Below, piece after piece: positions 39,968 to 49,924 of a stretch of DNA of 64,000 nucleotides. Under the pieces are notes generated by a model. The model saw nothing but the letters and a program-made list of their open reading frames with translations. It was not told the origin of the DNA and did not search any database. The stretch is from Gemmatimonadales bacterium (lineage in GTDB: Bacteria > Gemmatimonadota > Gemmatimonadetes > Gemmatimonadales > GWC2-71-9), in assembly GCA_046160105.1 (NCBI GenBank), contig JBJXGT010000009.1, forward strand, positions 27,350-91,349, read 5' to 3'. A program made the translations under genes and the position numbers. The first letter of the stretch is position 1; each line of letters opens with the position of its first letter.

Positions 39968-42949
39968 ATGCCTCTCCTTTTTGCCGCCCCAGTCGTTCGG
40001 GCGGTGTTGCTCGGGCTCGTCACGACGAGTGCCGTCGTGGTCCGCCCGCTCGGGGCCCAACAGACCACCACCGCGACCCGCGACCCCAGCCAGAAGCAGG
40101 ATCCGACCTTCACCAAGAGCTACCTCGAGTGGCTACCGAATCGGCGCTTGGGCAGTCCGTTGGTCGACCACCTGCCCTTGGTCGATGGGATTCCCACCCC
40201 GAGGGACGTGCTCGGTTACCACATCGGGACGCCGCGCCGGCTCACCTACTACGCCGATCAACTCCGCTACTACCGGGCGCTGGCCGCGGCGACCCCGCGG
40301 GTCAAGGTGGAGACCATCGGTCGATCCGACGAGGGGCGGGAACTGGTGGTGGTTTGGGTGTCGTCGGACGCGAACATCGCGGCGATGGCCGCCAATCGGC
40401 AGAACCTGGCCAAGATCGCCGACCCACGCGGACGGAGCGACGCCGAGATCGCCGAGCTGATTCGGACGACCAAGCCCCACTATCACCTGATGGGCGGGCT
40501 CCATAGCGGCGAGACCGGTCCCTCTGAAATGCTGATGGAGCTCATCTATCGGCTGGCGACCGAGACCTCACCGGTGATCGCCCAGATTCGCAACAATCTC
40601 TACGTCTCGGTAACGCCGGTCGCCGATGCCGACGGCCGAGACCGGAACGTCGATTGGTTCCACCGCAATTTGGAGCTGGGCCTCGCCAATCCGCCGGGGC
40701 CGCCTCCGCCGCCGCCTCCGCGCGACAGCACCCGGGGAACCCAGGGACTGCCGCCAAGCCGGTTCATCCCGCCGGTGCCCTATTGGGGTCGCTACGCCTA
40801 CCACGACAACAACCGGGACATCAATCTCGTCCTGGTCCAGATGCGCGCCATCGCGGATTGGTATTTCACCGCCTATCCGCCGATCATGCACGATCTCCAT
40901 GAGTCACTTCCGTTGCTCTACACCTACAGTGGAGCGGCCCCGCAGAATCCCAATCTCGATCCGATCCTGTTCGCCGAGCTGCCCTGGTTCGCCAACTGGG
41001 AGATGGCCCAGATGACGAAGTACGGGATGCCCGGGGTGTACACCCACGCGTTCATGGACGGATGGTCGCCGGGATACCTGGGGTCGATTTCCTACAATCA
41101 CAACGGCCTGATGAAGATGTACGAGACCCAATCGGGCCGGGACCTCGATACCGCCACCGCGAAGCGCGACACGACCCGCGCCAAGCCGGACTCGAGCCGC
41201 GCCCGACCCGACTCGGCCCGGGGCCGAGCCGATTCCACCCGCGCCCGAACCGACTCGACCGCGCGGCCAGCGGCGGCAACGCCGGCCACGGCCCAGGCGG
41301 CACCTGCCGGCGCGGCGGCCCGGGGACCTGGCGCGATCCCGACCGGTCGCGGGGGGGGCCAGGATCGCGAGTGGTATCGAGGGATTCCGATCGGCGCGGA
41401 GGACTCCGCCAAGTTCACTCGGCGGGCCAACGCGAACTACATGCAGACCGGCGTGCTTTCCGCCCTCCAGCTCGCCTCGATGTTTCCTGCTACCCTGCTG
41501 GAGAACTTCGTCGTCAAGACCAGAAACTCGATCGAGGAGGGCCGGACCAAGGCGCCGCACGGGTTCGTGATTCCCGTGCAGCGCGACATGACGCGGGCCG
41601 CTGAGCTGGTCAACATCCTCCGCACCCAGCGGATCGAGGTCGGGGTCGCGACCAAGGCGTTCAAGATCGACACCGTGAGCTACCCGGCCGGCTCCTACGT
41701 CATCAAGCGCGACCAGCCCTATGGGCGCCTGGCGAAGAATCTCCTCGAGCGGCAGCAATATCCCGACGCTCGCCTCAACACCTACGACGACAGCGGCTGG
41801 ACGATGGGGCTGGCGATGATGGTCGACGTGGTAGAGGTGGCGGATTCGTCGATCCTCAAGGTCGCCACCACGCCGGTGAGCAAGGCTGCAGTGGTCGGTC
41901 GGATTGTCGGGAACGGCACGGCCGGCCTGGCGATCGCCCACCAGGGGTCGACCAACATGATCACTTTCCGGCACCGCCTCAAGCAGGTCGCGATGCGGGT
42001 GGCCGAGAAGGGCTTCACCGCCGAAGGCGTCGAGTTCCCGGCCGGGTCGTTCGTCATCGCCGATCCGTCGGCGGCGGCCCGGGCGGCGGCGGCGGAACTC
42101 GGCCTCAACGGGGCGGCGCTTTCGTCGCTGCCTTCGGTCCCGATGCACGATGCCGACCTGCCTCGAATCGGGATCTACTCGCAATGGACCGGAACCCAGA
42201 ACCTCGGGTGGTACCGGCTCACCCTCGACAAGTTCGGGGTGCCCTACGAGCTGTTCTACAAGGAGCAGATCGTCCTTGGCAATCTGCGGTCGAAGTACGA
42301 CGTCATTCTCACCGCCGAGCAGAACCTGGGCCGGGCCAACGTGCTCCAGAAACCGAACGAGAAGCCGGTACCCTATCAAAGGTCGGACAAGTACCAGTTT
42401 CTCGGGATGTACGGCGAGAGCGCTGATATCACCGGAGGGTTCGGGCAACCCGGCGTTGACGCCTTCGCCGCCTTCCTCGAGGCGGGCGGCACCCTGATCG
42501 CGGTCGGCGACGCCGCTCGCTTGCCGATCGAATTCGGGTTGGCCGGTACCGTCGACAAGGTGACCGTGCCCGGGTTGAGCGCCCAGCGGCCGTTGGTGCA
42601 AGGGGAGATCACCCGGCCCGAGCATCCGGTGTTCTATGGGTATCCGAACAAGCTGATCCCGATCAAGTACGTCGGTGGACAGCCATTCAAGGTCGGGGTG
42701 GCCGATGAGGGCAACGTGCTGGCCCGTTATGTGGGAGGGGCCGCGTCGGTGCTTTCGGGGTTGATGGTCGGGGCGGACTCGCTTCGGTTCCGGCCGTTCG
42801 CCGTCGACGTGCCGCGGGCCTATCGAGGGCAGGGCCGAGTGATTCTCTTCGCCAACAACCCGATCTATCGGTGGCAGAATCACGGGGAGTTCAACATGAT
42901 CTTCAACGCGTTGCTCAACTGGAACGACGTCGTCGCCAAACCGGAATGA
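39968..42949 (+). CDS. Secreted M14-family metallocarboxypeptidase-like protein (993 aa)
   Basis: ATG 39968 with signal MPLLFAAPVVRAVLLGLVTTSAVVVRPLGAQ. Zn motif H-x-x-E (GGLHSGETGPSEML). Large C-terminal extension. The upstream 249 codons of the track ORF are a shadow of the FDH gene. Confidence 0.8.
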   Translation: MPLLFAAPVVRAVLLGLVTTSAVVVRPLGAQQTTTATRDPSQKQDPTFTKSYLEWLPNRRLGSPLVDHLPLVDGIPTPRDVLGYHIGTPRRLTYYADQLRYYRALAAATPRVKVETIGRSDEGRELVVVWVSSDANIAAMAANRQNLAKIADPRGRSDAEIAELIRTTKPHYHLMGGLHSGETGPSEMLMELIYRLATETSPVIAQIRNNLYVSVTPVADADGRDRNVDWFHRNLELGLANPPGPPPPPPPRDSTRGTQGLPPSRFIPPVPYWGRYAYHDNNRDINLVLVQMRAIADWYFTAYPPIMHDLHESLPLLYTYSGAAPQNPNLDPILFAELPWFANWEMAQMTKYGMPGVYTHAFMDGWSPGYLGSISYNHNGLMKMYETQSGRDLDTATAKRDTTRAKPDSSRARPDSARGRADSTRARTDSTARPAAATPATAQAAPAGAAARGPGAIPTGRGGGQDREWYRGIPIGAEDSAKFTRRANANYMQTGVLSALQLASMFPATLLENFVVKTRNSIEEGRTKAPHGFVIPVQRDMTRAAELVNILRTQRIEVGVATKAFKIDTVSYPAGSYVIKRDQPYGRLAKNLLERQQYPDARLNTYDDSGWTMGLAMMVDVVEVADSSILKVATTPVSKAAVVGRIVGNGTAGLAIAHQGSTNMITFRHRLKQVAMRVAEKGFTAEGVEFPAGSFVIADPSAAARAAAAELGLNGAALSSLPSVPMHDADLPRIGIYSQWTGTQNLGWYRLTLDKFGVPYELFYKEQIVLGNLRSKYDVILTAEQNLGRANVLQKPNEKPVPYQRSDKYQFLGMYGESADITGGFGQPGVDAFAAFLEAGGTLIAVGDAARLPIEFGLAGTVDKVTVPGLSAQRPLVQGEITRPEHPVFYGYPNKLIPIKYVGGQPFKVGVADEGNVLARYVGGAASVLSGLMVGADSLRFRPFAVDVPRAYRGQGRVILFANNPIYRWQNHGEFNMIFNALLNWNDVVAKPE
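41174..41257 (+). repeat. Four imperfect 21-nt (7-aa) tandem coding repeats inside the M14 gene
   Basis: Translated units are TRAKPDS / SRARPDS / ARGRADS / TRARTDS. An Ala/Pro/Gly low-complexity tract follows (ARPAAATPATAQAAPAGAAARGPGAIPTGRGGGQ). Confidence 0.7.
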
Positions 42950-42962
42950 GAGGGAGGTCCTG

Positions 42963-43499
42963 ATGCGCTATGGATGGATGGTGGTCGGGGTGACCATGGC
43001 AGGCGCCGGAGCGTCCGCCGCGCGTGCCCAAGCGGCGCCCAGCACGGCCGGCGGGTTCGCCGCGGAGATCATGCTGCAGTTCAACGAGTCGATGAACAAG
43101 TTCGTGGCACTGGCCGAGGCGATGCCCGCCGACAAGTACGGCTGGAGCCCCGCGCCCGGCGTCATGACGGTTGCGAAGGTGTACGCCCACGTGGCCCGGT
43201 ACAACTATCTCTACCCGGCCACGAGTCTCGGGGTGGCGGCTCCCGCCGGCCAGGACGCCGACGCCGCCGAGGACCTGGCCGCCAAGGCCCAACTGGTGGC
43301 GCGGCTCAAGGAGTCCCGCGACCACATCAAGTCGGTGGTCGCCGGGCTTCGCGATCCGGGCCAGGAGACGGCCCAATACGGTCGCAAGCTGCCTCAGTGG
43401 TCGGTCTTGCTGCAGCTCGTGGCCCACATGAACGAGCACCTCGGCCAGTCGATCGCCTATGCCCGGATGAACGGGATCGTGCCGCCCTGGTCGCGCTGA
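42963..43499 (+). CDS. DinB-family protein (secreted)
   Basis: ATG preceded by GGGAGG. Signal MRYGWMVVGVTMAGAGASAARAQA. Segments ...VYAHVARYNY...LLQLVAHMNEHLGQSIAYARMNG. Confidence 0.8.
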   Translation: MRYGWMVVGVTMAGAGASAARAQAAPSTAGGFAAEIMLQFNESMNKFVALAEAMPADKYGWSPAPGVMTVAKVYAHVARYNYLYPATSLGVAAPAGQDADAAEDLAAKAQLVARLKESRDHIKSVVAGLRDPGQETAQYGRKLPQWSVLLQLVAHMNEHLGQSIAYARMNGIVPPWSR

Positions 43500-43505
43500 T
43501 CGGCG

Positions 43506-45557
43506 TCAGGGGACCTTTTCGTCGGTGAACTCGACGGTGGCCCGGGGGCCATTGCCGTCGGTTCGGACTCGGTAGACGAATCGGAGGTTCGGCGTGCCGG
43601 GTCGCCGAACCGTCCGGGTGGTGGTCAGGTCGATGACTTGATCGTAGGGTGGCTCCTTCTTCAGGGCGACTTGCCACTCGGTAACCTCACTCATGCTCCC
43701 CCCGGGAATCTCGTGATCGGACGTGGCGGCCGCTCGGTACGTCACGGTTCTGGCCGCCAAGTCGGTTTCGATCCAATACCGGTCGTCGCGACGATTGGGC
43801 CCAGGGGCGGGCGGCGGTGGTGCCGGGGGAAAGCGTGGCTCCACTCGGGGGCCGACAAGCGGGGGAACAATCGGTAGGGTGATCGACGACGCACCGCCGC
43901 CGGGGACCACGATGTGAATGTCGTTCTCGGCCGGCTGTCGGTTCGGCCAGTTCGACGGCCAGTCGCTCGACGCGATCGTGACCCGAATTCGATGGCCACG
44001 GTGGAAGCGGTAGGCGACGTTCTGGAGGGTGACTTGGTAGCGGTAGACCCGTCCCGGCTCGATCGGCGAGGGACCGACGAACCGCCAGTCCTCGGGCCGA
44101 CGGGGATTGAGGTTCGACTCGCGATAGGACGAGTTGAGCCACCCGCGAGTCACCAGGTCGGACCGTCCTTCGGGCGCCACGTCGGACAGCTTGATCGTGA
44201 AGTCCGTGTTGGACGCCGTCGACGCGGCATGGAAGCTGATCTCCGGCATACCGGTGACCTCGACGTCCTCGGCGAGCGGAGCGGTGGTGAAGGTCAGTGA
44301 CTCGGCTTCATCGACCCGCTGATCGGGCAGCGAGAGGTAATCGGTGTAGGCGGCGTCGAACCAGGTCCCATAGGGTCCCGCCGCGCTGCCCACCCACGGC
44401 CGGTATTGGTACCGGCGGGGCGCGCCGCTGTCGGGCGGGGTCAGGGCCAGGTCGCCGGCGGACGTGAGGAAGTATCGGGTCGGCCGGGTCCGCTCGATCG
44501 GCCAGTCGTCCTCGAATCGCCAGCGATTCTCTCGCATTACGAACACGGCCACCGGCGGTTCCTCGACGATCCCGGTCTCGACGCCCTTCAGGAACTGATC
44601 GAACCAGGCCACCATCAGGGCCCTGAAGTCGAGCGCGGGCCCCGGCCCGAACCCACCATGGGTCCAGGGGCCGACGATCAACTTCTGGGGAACCCGCTTC
44701 GCCTTCAGCACCAGGTAGTTCTGGTATACCTCGTCGTGGTTCCGGCCGTGGTCGAAGTAGTTGCCGATCTGGAGGGTCGGCACCGCGAACGAGGGGTACT
44801 TGCTGCGAAGATCCTTCTCCTGCCAGTAGCCGTCGTAGGCGGCGTGCTCCCACTGCGGCTGGAAGAAAGCCCGCCAACCGTTGAGGTCGGCGCGCCGTTT
44901 CCAGCGATCGACATCGAGGACCTTCCCACCCTTGCCATCGTCGTACACCGGACCGCGCAGCATGGTGTAGAGCACGTTGCTCGCCCCGTGCCAGACGTAC
45001 GGGTGATTGGTCCGTACCCCGCCCGGATACCAGTGATCGCCGAAGAAGTTGGCATAGGCGCTGTTGATCGCGATCGCCTTGAGGTGCGGCGGTCCGAGGG
45101 CGGCGACCCGAGTGGCGTTGATCGCCCCGAAGGAGATGCCCCAGAGACCGACCTGGCCGTTCGACCACGACTGGCGGGCGACCCACTCGACCAGATCGTA
45201 CCCGTCGCGAAAGGACTGAGCGTCGAAGTAGTCGGCCATGGTGCCCTCGGACGTCCCGGTGCCGCGCCCCTCGGCGAAGACGGCGACATAGCCGCGCTCG
45301 GCGAAGTACGAATCAGGCTCCTTGCCGTAAGGGATGTACGACACGACCACCGGAAATCGGCCTGGGCTCTTCGGCCGCACGATGTTGGCGACGAGGTGGA
45401 CCCCATCGCGCATCGGGACTTTGACCTCGTAGTCGGTGACCGTGGCGTGGGTCGGTTGGGAAAGGTTGCGGTACGGTCCGCTCGGCTGGGCCGAGGCGGT
45501 CTCCGCGGCCAACCCGAGAATCAGGATTGACCGGGCAAAGCGAATCCGCGAATTCAT
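43506..45557 (-). CDS. CocE/NonD-family hydrolase (S15 X-Pro dipeptidyl-peptidase-like), secreted
   Basis: Signal MNSRIRFARSILILGLAAETASAQ. Segments ...YEVKVPMRDGVHLVANIVRP... and G-x-S-x-G (LWGISFGA). C-terminal beta-sandwich region. Confidence 0.85.
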   Translation of the reverse strand: MNSRIRFARSILILGLAAETASAQPSGPYRNLSQPTHATVTDYEVKVPMRDGVHLVANIVRPKSPGRFPVVVSYIPYGKEPDSYFAERGYVAVFAEGRGTGTSEGTMADYFDAQSFRDGYDLVEWVARQSWSNGQVGLWGISFGAINATRVAALGPPHLKAIAINSAYANFFGDHWYPGGVRTNHPYVWHGASNVLYTMLRGPVYDDGKGGKVLDVDRWKRRADLNGWRAFFQPQWEHAAYDGYWQEKDLRSKYPSFAVPTLQIGNYFDHGRNHDEVYQNYLVLKAKRVPQKLIVGPWTHGGFGPGPALDFRALMVAWFDQFLKGVETGIVEEPPVAVFVMRENRWRFEDDWPIERTRPTRYFLTSAGDLALTPPDSGAPRRYQYRPWVGSAAGPYGTWFDAAYTDYLSLPDQRVDEAESLTFTTAPLAEDVEVTGMPEISFHAASTASNTDFTIKLSDVAPEGRSDLVTRGWLNSSYRESNLNPRRPEDWRFVGPSPIEPGRVYRYQVTLQNVAYRFHRGHRIRVTIASSDWPSNWPNRQPAENDIHIVVPGGGASSITLPIVPPLVGPRVEPRFPPAPPPPAPGPNRRDDRYWIETDLAARTVTYRAAATSDHEIPGGSMSEVTEWQVALKKEPPYDQVIDLTTTRTVRRPGTPNLRFVYRVRTDGNGPRATVEFTDEKVP

Positions 45558-45582
45558 TCTGGGCTCCCCTGGGTGGCGCCGG

Positions 45583-47418
45583 TCAGTATGCCTCGACCGC
45601 GCCGTTGTACAGATCGCGGGTCGCGCCCCGAAGCCGGCCGGTCTTGGGGTCGCGTTGGATGCTGATCCAGGAGCCGAACGAGGATCGGATCTGTTGTTTC
45701 GGCTGGAGGATGGCGTGCCCGCCGCGGGCGTTCAGCGCCGCGACGACGGCCTCTGAGAAGTCCTCGGTCGGCAGGACCTGCGGGCCTAGAAGCCCGCTCC
45801 CGGAAAACTGCGGGGCGTGGAGGGCGGCGTCGGGGTCGCGGCCGTAATCGAGCACGTTGACCAGCACCGCCAGAGTGTTCTCGAGCAGGCCCGCCCCGAT
45901 ACTGCTGCCGGCCAACACCCAGCGTCCGTCCTTCATGACGATGATCGGGTTGGTGGGATCAGGGAGCCGGACTCCGGGACCGGCTCGCCGGATCAGATCC
46001 TGCTGGAAGCAGGCCGCGTCGGGAATCGTGATCCCGCCGACGGTGATCCCGGTGCCTCCGAAAAGCACCGTGTTGATCGTGTGGGTCAGCGCGGCCACGT
46101 TGCCCTCGGCGTCGGTGGCCACCACCGCGTCGGAGTGGCCCCCACCGCCGCTGGTCTGCCTCAACGCGGCCTGGACTCGGGCCTGGGCCTCGGCCGCCTC
46201 CTTCTCTACCGCGCGCCACGACGTCGGGTTCTTCAGTTGACTCCACCAGAACGCCGCCGTCTCCCGCTTGAGGCGGCCGGCCGGCGAGAGATCCTGGGTC
46301 GGGAACTTGGTCTGGGCCCAGTCGGCGGGCACCCCGACGCCGCCGCCCGGCGGGCCGTCGAGAAACTGAATGTGGCTCGCTTCGATGAACGGATAGAGGG
46401 TCTCGGCCGACTCCCAGTACTTCGGCCCGTTCGGCAGGTCGACGTGCTCGAGCACCTGCATCGCCTCGAGCGTCGCGGTGGCGCCGAAGGTGGGCCAGGC
46501 GGCGCCAAGGAGCTGGTAGCCGCGGTAGGTCGCCCGAATCGGCTCGCTCCACTGGGCCCGATACTGGGCAAGGTCTTCGAGCGTCATCTTCCCGCCGTCG
46601 GCCTGGACGGCGGCGACGAGCTGGCGGGCCCATTCCCCCCGATAGATGTGGTCGGCGCCGCGCGATGCCACCTGGCGGAGGGTCGCCGCGAGGGCGGGCT
46701 GGCGGAACAGGTCGCCGGGCTGGTAAGGGGTACCGCCGCTCTTGAGGAAGACCGCCCCAGTGGCCGGGAGGCGTTTGAAGAGGTCTTTCCGATAGGCGAA
46801 GGCCCCGGCCAGGATGCCGCTCACCTTGAAGCCGCTGTCGGCGAGAAAGATGGCCGGAGCGAACAGCTTCTCGAACGGCAGCCGACCAAACCGCCGATGA
46901 GCCGCTTCCACCCCGGCGAAGAACCCCGGGACCAAGGCGGTGCGGCCGCTGGGCTGGTAGGGGATCATCCCGGTGGGACCGAGGCAGGCCGGGATGGTGG
47001 CGGGGTCGCGTTCTCCGGCGACGGTGTTGAATCCGGCATTGAGGGAGTGCACCGAGTTCGTCGCCGCGTCGTAGTAGATGAGATTGAGGAAGCCGGCGTA
47101 GCTCACCCACGAACCCCCGGCGAGGGCGATCTGGGCGAGGGCCGTGGTGATCGCCGCGTCGATGGCGTTGCCGCCTTGGCGGAGGGTCTCCCGTCCCGCT
47201 CGCACCGCGAAGGCGCCGGTGGTTCCGGTGACCATGGCCGAATCGCCCTCGCCAAGGCCCTTCGCCTTGCCGATCTCGGAGGTCAGGGCGAGATAGCGGT
47301 CCAGTTCCCCGGCGGGCCAGGTGCCCGGGGAGAGATCGACCGGCGGCTTGCCCGCGCACCCCGCGGCGGCGACAAGGGCGGCGACAACCGAGGCACGGTG
47401 AAGGGCGGTGTTCGACAC
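45583..47418 (-). CDS. ggt: Gamma-glutamyltransferase-family protein (lipoprotein)
   Basis: GTG start. Lipobox VAALVAAAGC. Segments ...GGNAIDAAITTALAQ... and the autoprocessing region ...DAEGNVAALTHTINTVLFGG.... Confidence 0.85.
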   Translation of the reverse strand: MSNTALHRASVVAALVAAAGCAGKPPVDLSPGTWPAGELDRYLALTSEIGKAKGLGEGDSAMVTGTTGAFAVRAGRETLRQGGNAIDAAITTALAQIALAGGSWVSYAGFLNLIYYDAATNSVHSLNAGFNTVAGERDPATIPACLGPTGMIPYQPSGRTALVPGFFAGVEAAHRRFGRLPFEKLFAPAIFLADSGFKVSGILAGAFAYRKDLFKRLPATGAVFLKSGGTPYQPGDLFRQPALAATLRQVASRGADHIYRGEWARQLVAAVQADGGKMTLEDLAQYRAQWSEPIRATYRGYQLLGAAWPTFGATATLEAMQVLEHVDLPNGPKYWESAETLYPFIEASHIQFLDGPPGGGVGVPADWAQTKFPTQDLSPAGRLKRETAAFWWSQLKNPTSWRAVEKEAAEAQARVQAALRQTSGGGGHSDAVVATDAEGNVAALTHTINTVLFGGTGITVGGITIPDAACFQQDLIRRAGPGVRLPDPTNPIIVMKDGRWVLAGSSIGAGLLENTLAVLVNVLDYGRDPDAALHAPQFSGSGLLGPQVLPTEDFSEAVVAALNARGGHAILQPKQQIRSSFGSWISIQRDPKTGRLRGATRDLYNGAVEAY

Positions 47419-47538
47419 GGCAGTGATCCAGATCGGGGGTGGCTCGAAAGTACCCCTTGATCCGTGAAATGGGAGGGTGTCCCGATTCGTGGGACCTGGA
47501 TCCCGGGTCTCCCGGGGTCGCCCAGGCGGAGTTGGGCC

Positions 47539-48108
47539 TCAGCGGATCCGCTCGCCCCGGGCCGAGGTCTCGAGCAGGCGGTCGAAACGGCTCCGTCGAG
47601 TCTCCTCCCGCTTGGCGCTCATCACCCAAAAGGTCATCAACTGACGATACCCCGGCGGCTGAGCCTGGAAGAACGTCCACGCCGCCCGTTTTCCCTGGAA
47701 GCGGCGTTTCAGCGAGGGATCGAACGATAGACGCTTCCGTTGCTCGTAGGTATAGGGGGCCGAACGGGCCTCGGTGCGCCGCGCGAAGGCGGCTCGCCCG
47801 GCCTCCCGCATCAGCCCTTGTCGCTCGAGCTCCCGGACCTTGGCGATGTTGATGGCGCTCCAGTTGCTGCCAGGGCGCCGCGGGGTGAAGCGGATCGTAT
47901 AGCTGGTCTCGTCCCGCCGCCTGCGGATGCCGTCGATCCACCCGAAACAGAGGGCCTGGTCGACCGACTCCGACCAGGTGAGGGTCGGTCGCCCCGTGCC
48001 GACCCGATAGAACCCGACCAAGAGCTCGGCCGCGCTCCGGTGATGACGAGCCAGCCAGGTTCGAAACGCGGCCGCGGTCGGAAAGAACCGCGGCGTGGAG
48101 GTGGCCAC
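47539..48108 (-). CDS. YdeI/OmpD-associated family protein
   Basis: Segments FFPTAAAFRTWLARHH...ELLVGFY......LTWSESVDQALCFGWIDGIRRR.DE.SY..RFTPRRPGSNWS..N..KV..L...G.M. Family pattern recalled, not searched. Confidence 0.75.
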   Translation of the reverse strand: MATSTPRFFPTAAAFRTWLARHHRSAAELLVGFYRVGTGRPTLTWSESVDQALCFGWIDGIRRRRDETSYTIRFTPRRPGSNWSAINIAKVRELERQGLMREAGRAAFARRTEARSAPYTYEQRKRLSFDPSLKRRFQGKRAAWTFFQAQPPGYRQLMTFWVMSAKREETRRSRFDRLLETSARGERIR

Positions 48109-48124
48109 CGCCGGTCTCGCCGCC

Positions 48125-49924
48125 CTACCTGGCCAGGTCGCCCACCGCCGTCGCGGCAGCGTGGGCTTTGGGCTCGTCCGCGGCGCCGCGGGCGTCGGCG
48201 TGCAATCGGGTCGCCAGTTGGCGCAGCGCGTCTCGCCGGGCCTGCCCCGACAGCGTCTCGGCCCGGACCAACTCCGCCCGGGCGGTGGTGATCTTTTCGC
48301 TGGCGAGACCCCGGCCGCGGTCGAGTTGATCCAGGTACGCCCGGGCCAGGGCGAAGCTCGCCGGCCAGACCATCTTCGGCTGCTCCTGGGCGTTCAGGTA
48401 CTCGAAGCGAACCGTCTTGGCCGCGTCGATCTCGTTCCGGGTCAGGAAGCCGCTGGGCGCCAACTCGAAGATGTCGAGGCCGCGGGCGATCTCGGAGCTG
48501 ACCAGGTATCCGTTATACCAGTACACCGACCACGATCCGCCGCTCACCAGTCGAGTCGCATCGACCGGTCCGCGGTCGTAATAGGCGATCTCGACCGGCT
48601 TGGCGGGATCGGTCCAGTCGAACACCGAGATCCCGCCCTGGTACCAGCCCTGGACCATCACGTCGCGGCCGGGAATCGGGACCAGCGAGCCGTTATGCGC
48701 CACGCAGTTCTCCAGCGAGGTCTGAGCCGCGGGCATCTTGTAGTAGCTCTTGAACTCCATCCGACGGTTGGTCAGCGTGAAGATCGCGTTGGCGCCCCAC
48801 TCGTATTTGTCGGTGGCGCGGCATCGCGGCGCTGAGCCGCCGCCCCATTCGTCGGTGAAGAGAATCTTCGAGCCGTCGTTGTTGAAGGTGGCCGAGTGCC
48901 AGAACGAAAAGTTGGAATCGGCCACCGCGCCGATCCGCGCCGGGTTGGCCGCGTTGCTGATGTCGAGCAGGAGGCCGTATCCCCCGCAAGCCCCGCCGGC
49001 CAGGCCGATCGCGGGATAGACGGTGATGTCGTGACACTGGGTCGGTCCGCGGCCGGCCCCGGGTCGCGGCGCCCGGGGCGGACGGGCGGCGGCTTGGGCG
49101 GCGTCGGCGGAGTCGACCGGATCGGCGTGGCGGGGCGGGGCCGCGAGGTCCTGGAAGATTCGAGGGGAGCTCACGATCTTGGCCTGCTCCGGGGCCGCGA
49201 GCGGGACCTTGATGACCTCGATCCGGAACAGTGCCGAGTTGGCGTCTTCCTCCGGCATCAGGGCCGAGCATCCGGGCAGTTCGTCGGCCGGGCGGACCCC
49301 TGCCGAGCCGGAGACGTAGATGTAGACGTGGTCCTTGTCTTTCGGATCGGTGACCACCGTGTGGGTGTGGGATCCCCGACAGGTCTGGACGTTGGCGACA
49401 TACTTGGGCTTGGCCACGTCGGTGGCGTCGAAGATCCGAATCCCTCGCAGTCGGTCATGGCTCACCGCGTGCTGAACCCCTTGGGGACCGCAGTCGAGCC
49501 GCCCGGTGAGCCCCTCGCCGGAGACGAACAGCAGGTTGCCGAAGACCGAGACGTCGCTTTGGGAGGCCGGGCAGAGAAACTGCTTCGTCAGCTTCGGGCG
49601 GCTCGGGTTGCTCATGTCCCAGACGGCAAAGCCGTTGTAGTTCCCCTGGAAGACATAGTTGCCGCGAAAGGCGAGGTCGGAGTTGCTGGCGGTTTCGAAC
49701 CCAGCGGGTGACGGCACGTTCGACACCAGCCGCATGTTCCACGCGGCGACGCCGGCATCGGTCAGGCCGGGCTTGAGACCGACCCGCGGATCGGGGCTCG
49801 GCGGCGTCGTCGAGAGATTGACCGGCGCGGGGGCGCTGCCGGCACCCGACGTCGACGGCTGCGAGCAACCCGAGAGCGCGAGGGTGCCGATCACGAGCAG
49901 GGAGGGGATCAGGTGGCGCGTCAT
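48125..49924 (-). CDS. LVIVD-repeat beta-propeller lipoprotein
   Basis: Lipobox GTLALSGC. Repeated h-h-h-h-D-x-(S/T)-x-P-x-x-P blades (FAVWDMSNPSRPKL, IRIFDATDVAKPKY, LLLDISNAANPARI, ISVFDWTDPAKPVE, LDIFEL). ATG 49924 overlaps the DUF305 stop (ATGA). Confidence 0.7.
   Translation of the reverse strand: MTRHLIPSLLVIGTLALSGCSQPSTSGAGSAPAPVNLSTTPPSPDPRVGLKPGLTDAGVAAWNMRLVSNVPSPAGFETASNSDLAFRGNYVFQGNYNGFAVWDMSNPSRPKLTKQFLCPASQSDVSVFGNLLFVSGEGLTGRLDCGPQGVQHAVSHDRLRGIRIFDATDVAKPKYVANVQTCRGSHTHTVVTDPKDKDHVYIYVSGSAGVRPADELPGCSALMPEEDANSALFRIEVIKVPLAAPEQAKIVSSPRIFQDLAAPPRHADPVDSADAAQAAARPPRAPRPGAGRGPTQCHDITVYPAIGLAGGACGGYGLLLDISNAANPARIGAVADSNFSFWHSATFNNDGSKILFTDEWGGGSAPRCRATDKYEWGANAIFTLTNRRMEFKSYYKMPAAQTSLENCVAHNGSLVPIPGRDVMVQGWYQGGISVFDWTDPAKPVEIAYYDRGPVDATRLVSGGSWSVYWYNGYLVSSEIARGLDIFELAPSGFLTRNEIDAAKTVRFEYLNAQEQPKMVWPASFALARAYLDQLDRGRGLASEKITTARAELVRAETLSGQARRDALRQLATRLHADARGAADEPKAHAAATAVGDLAR

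Noticed and set aside
40904-42883. 659-aa minus-strand ORF inside the M14 gene
   Set aside because: Shadow frame (R/G/P/D-rich). No motifs.
45959-47941. 660-aa minus-strand ORF (alternative frame) and 547-aa + strand ORF over the GGT gene
   Set aside because: Both are Arg/Pro/Gly-rich. The 45583..47418 frame carries a lipobox and the GGT autoprocessing Thr region.
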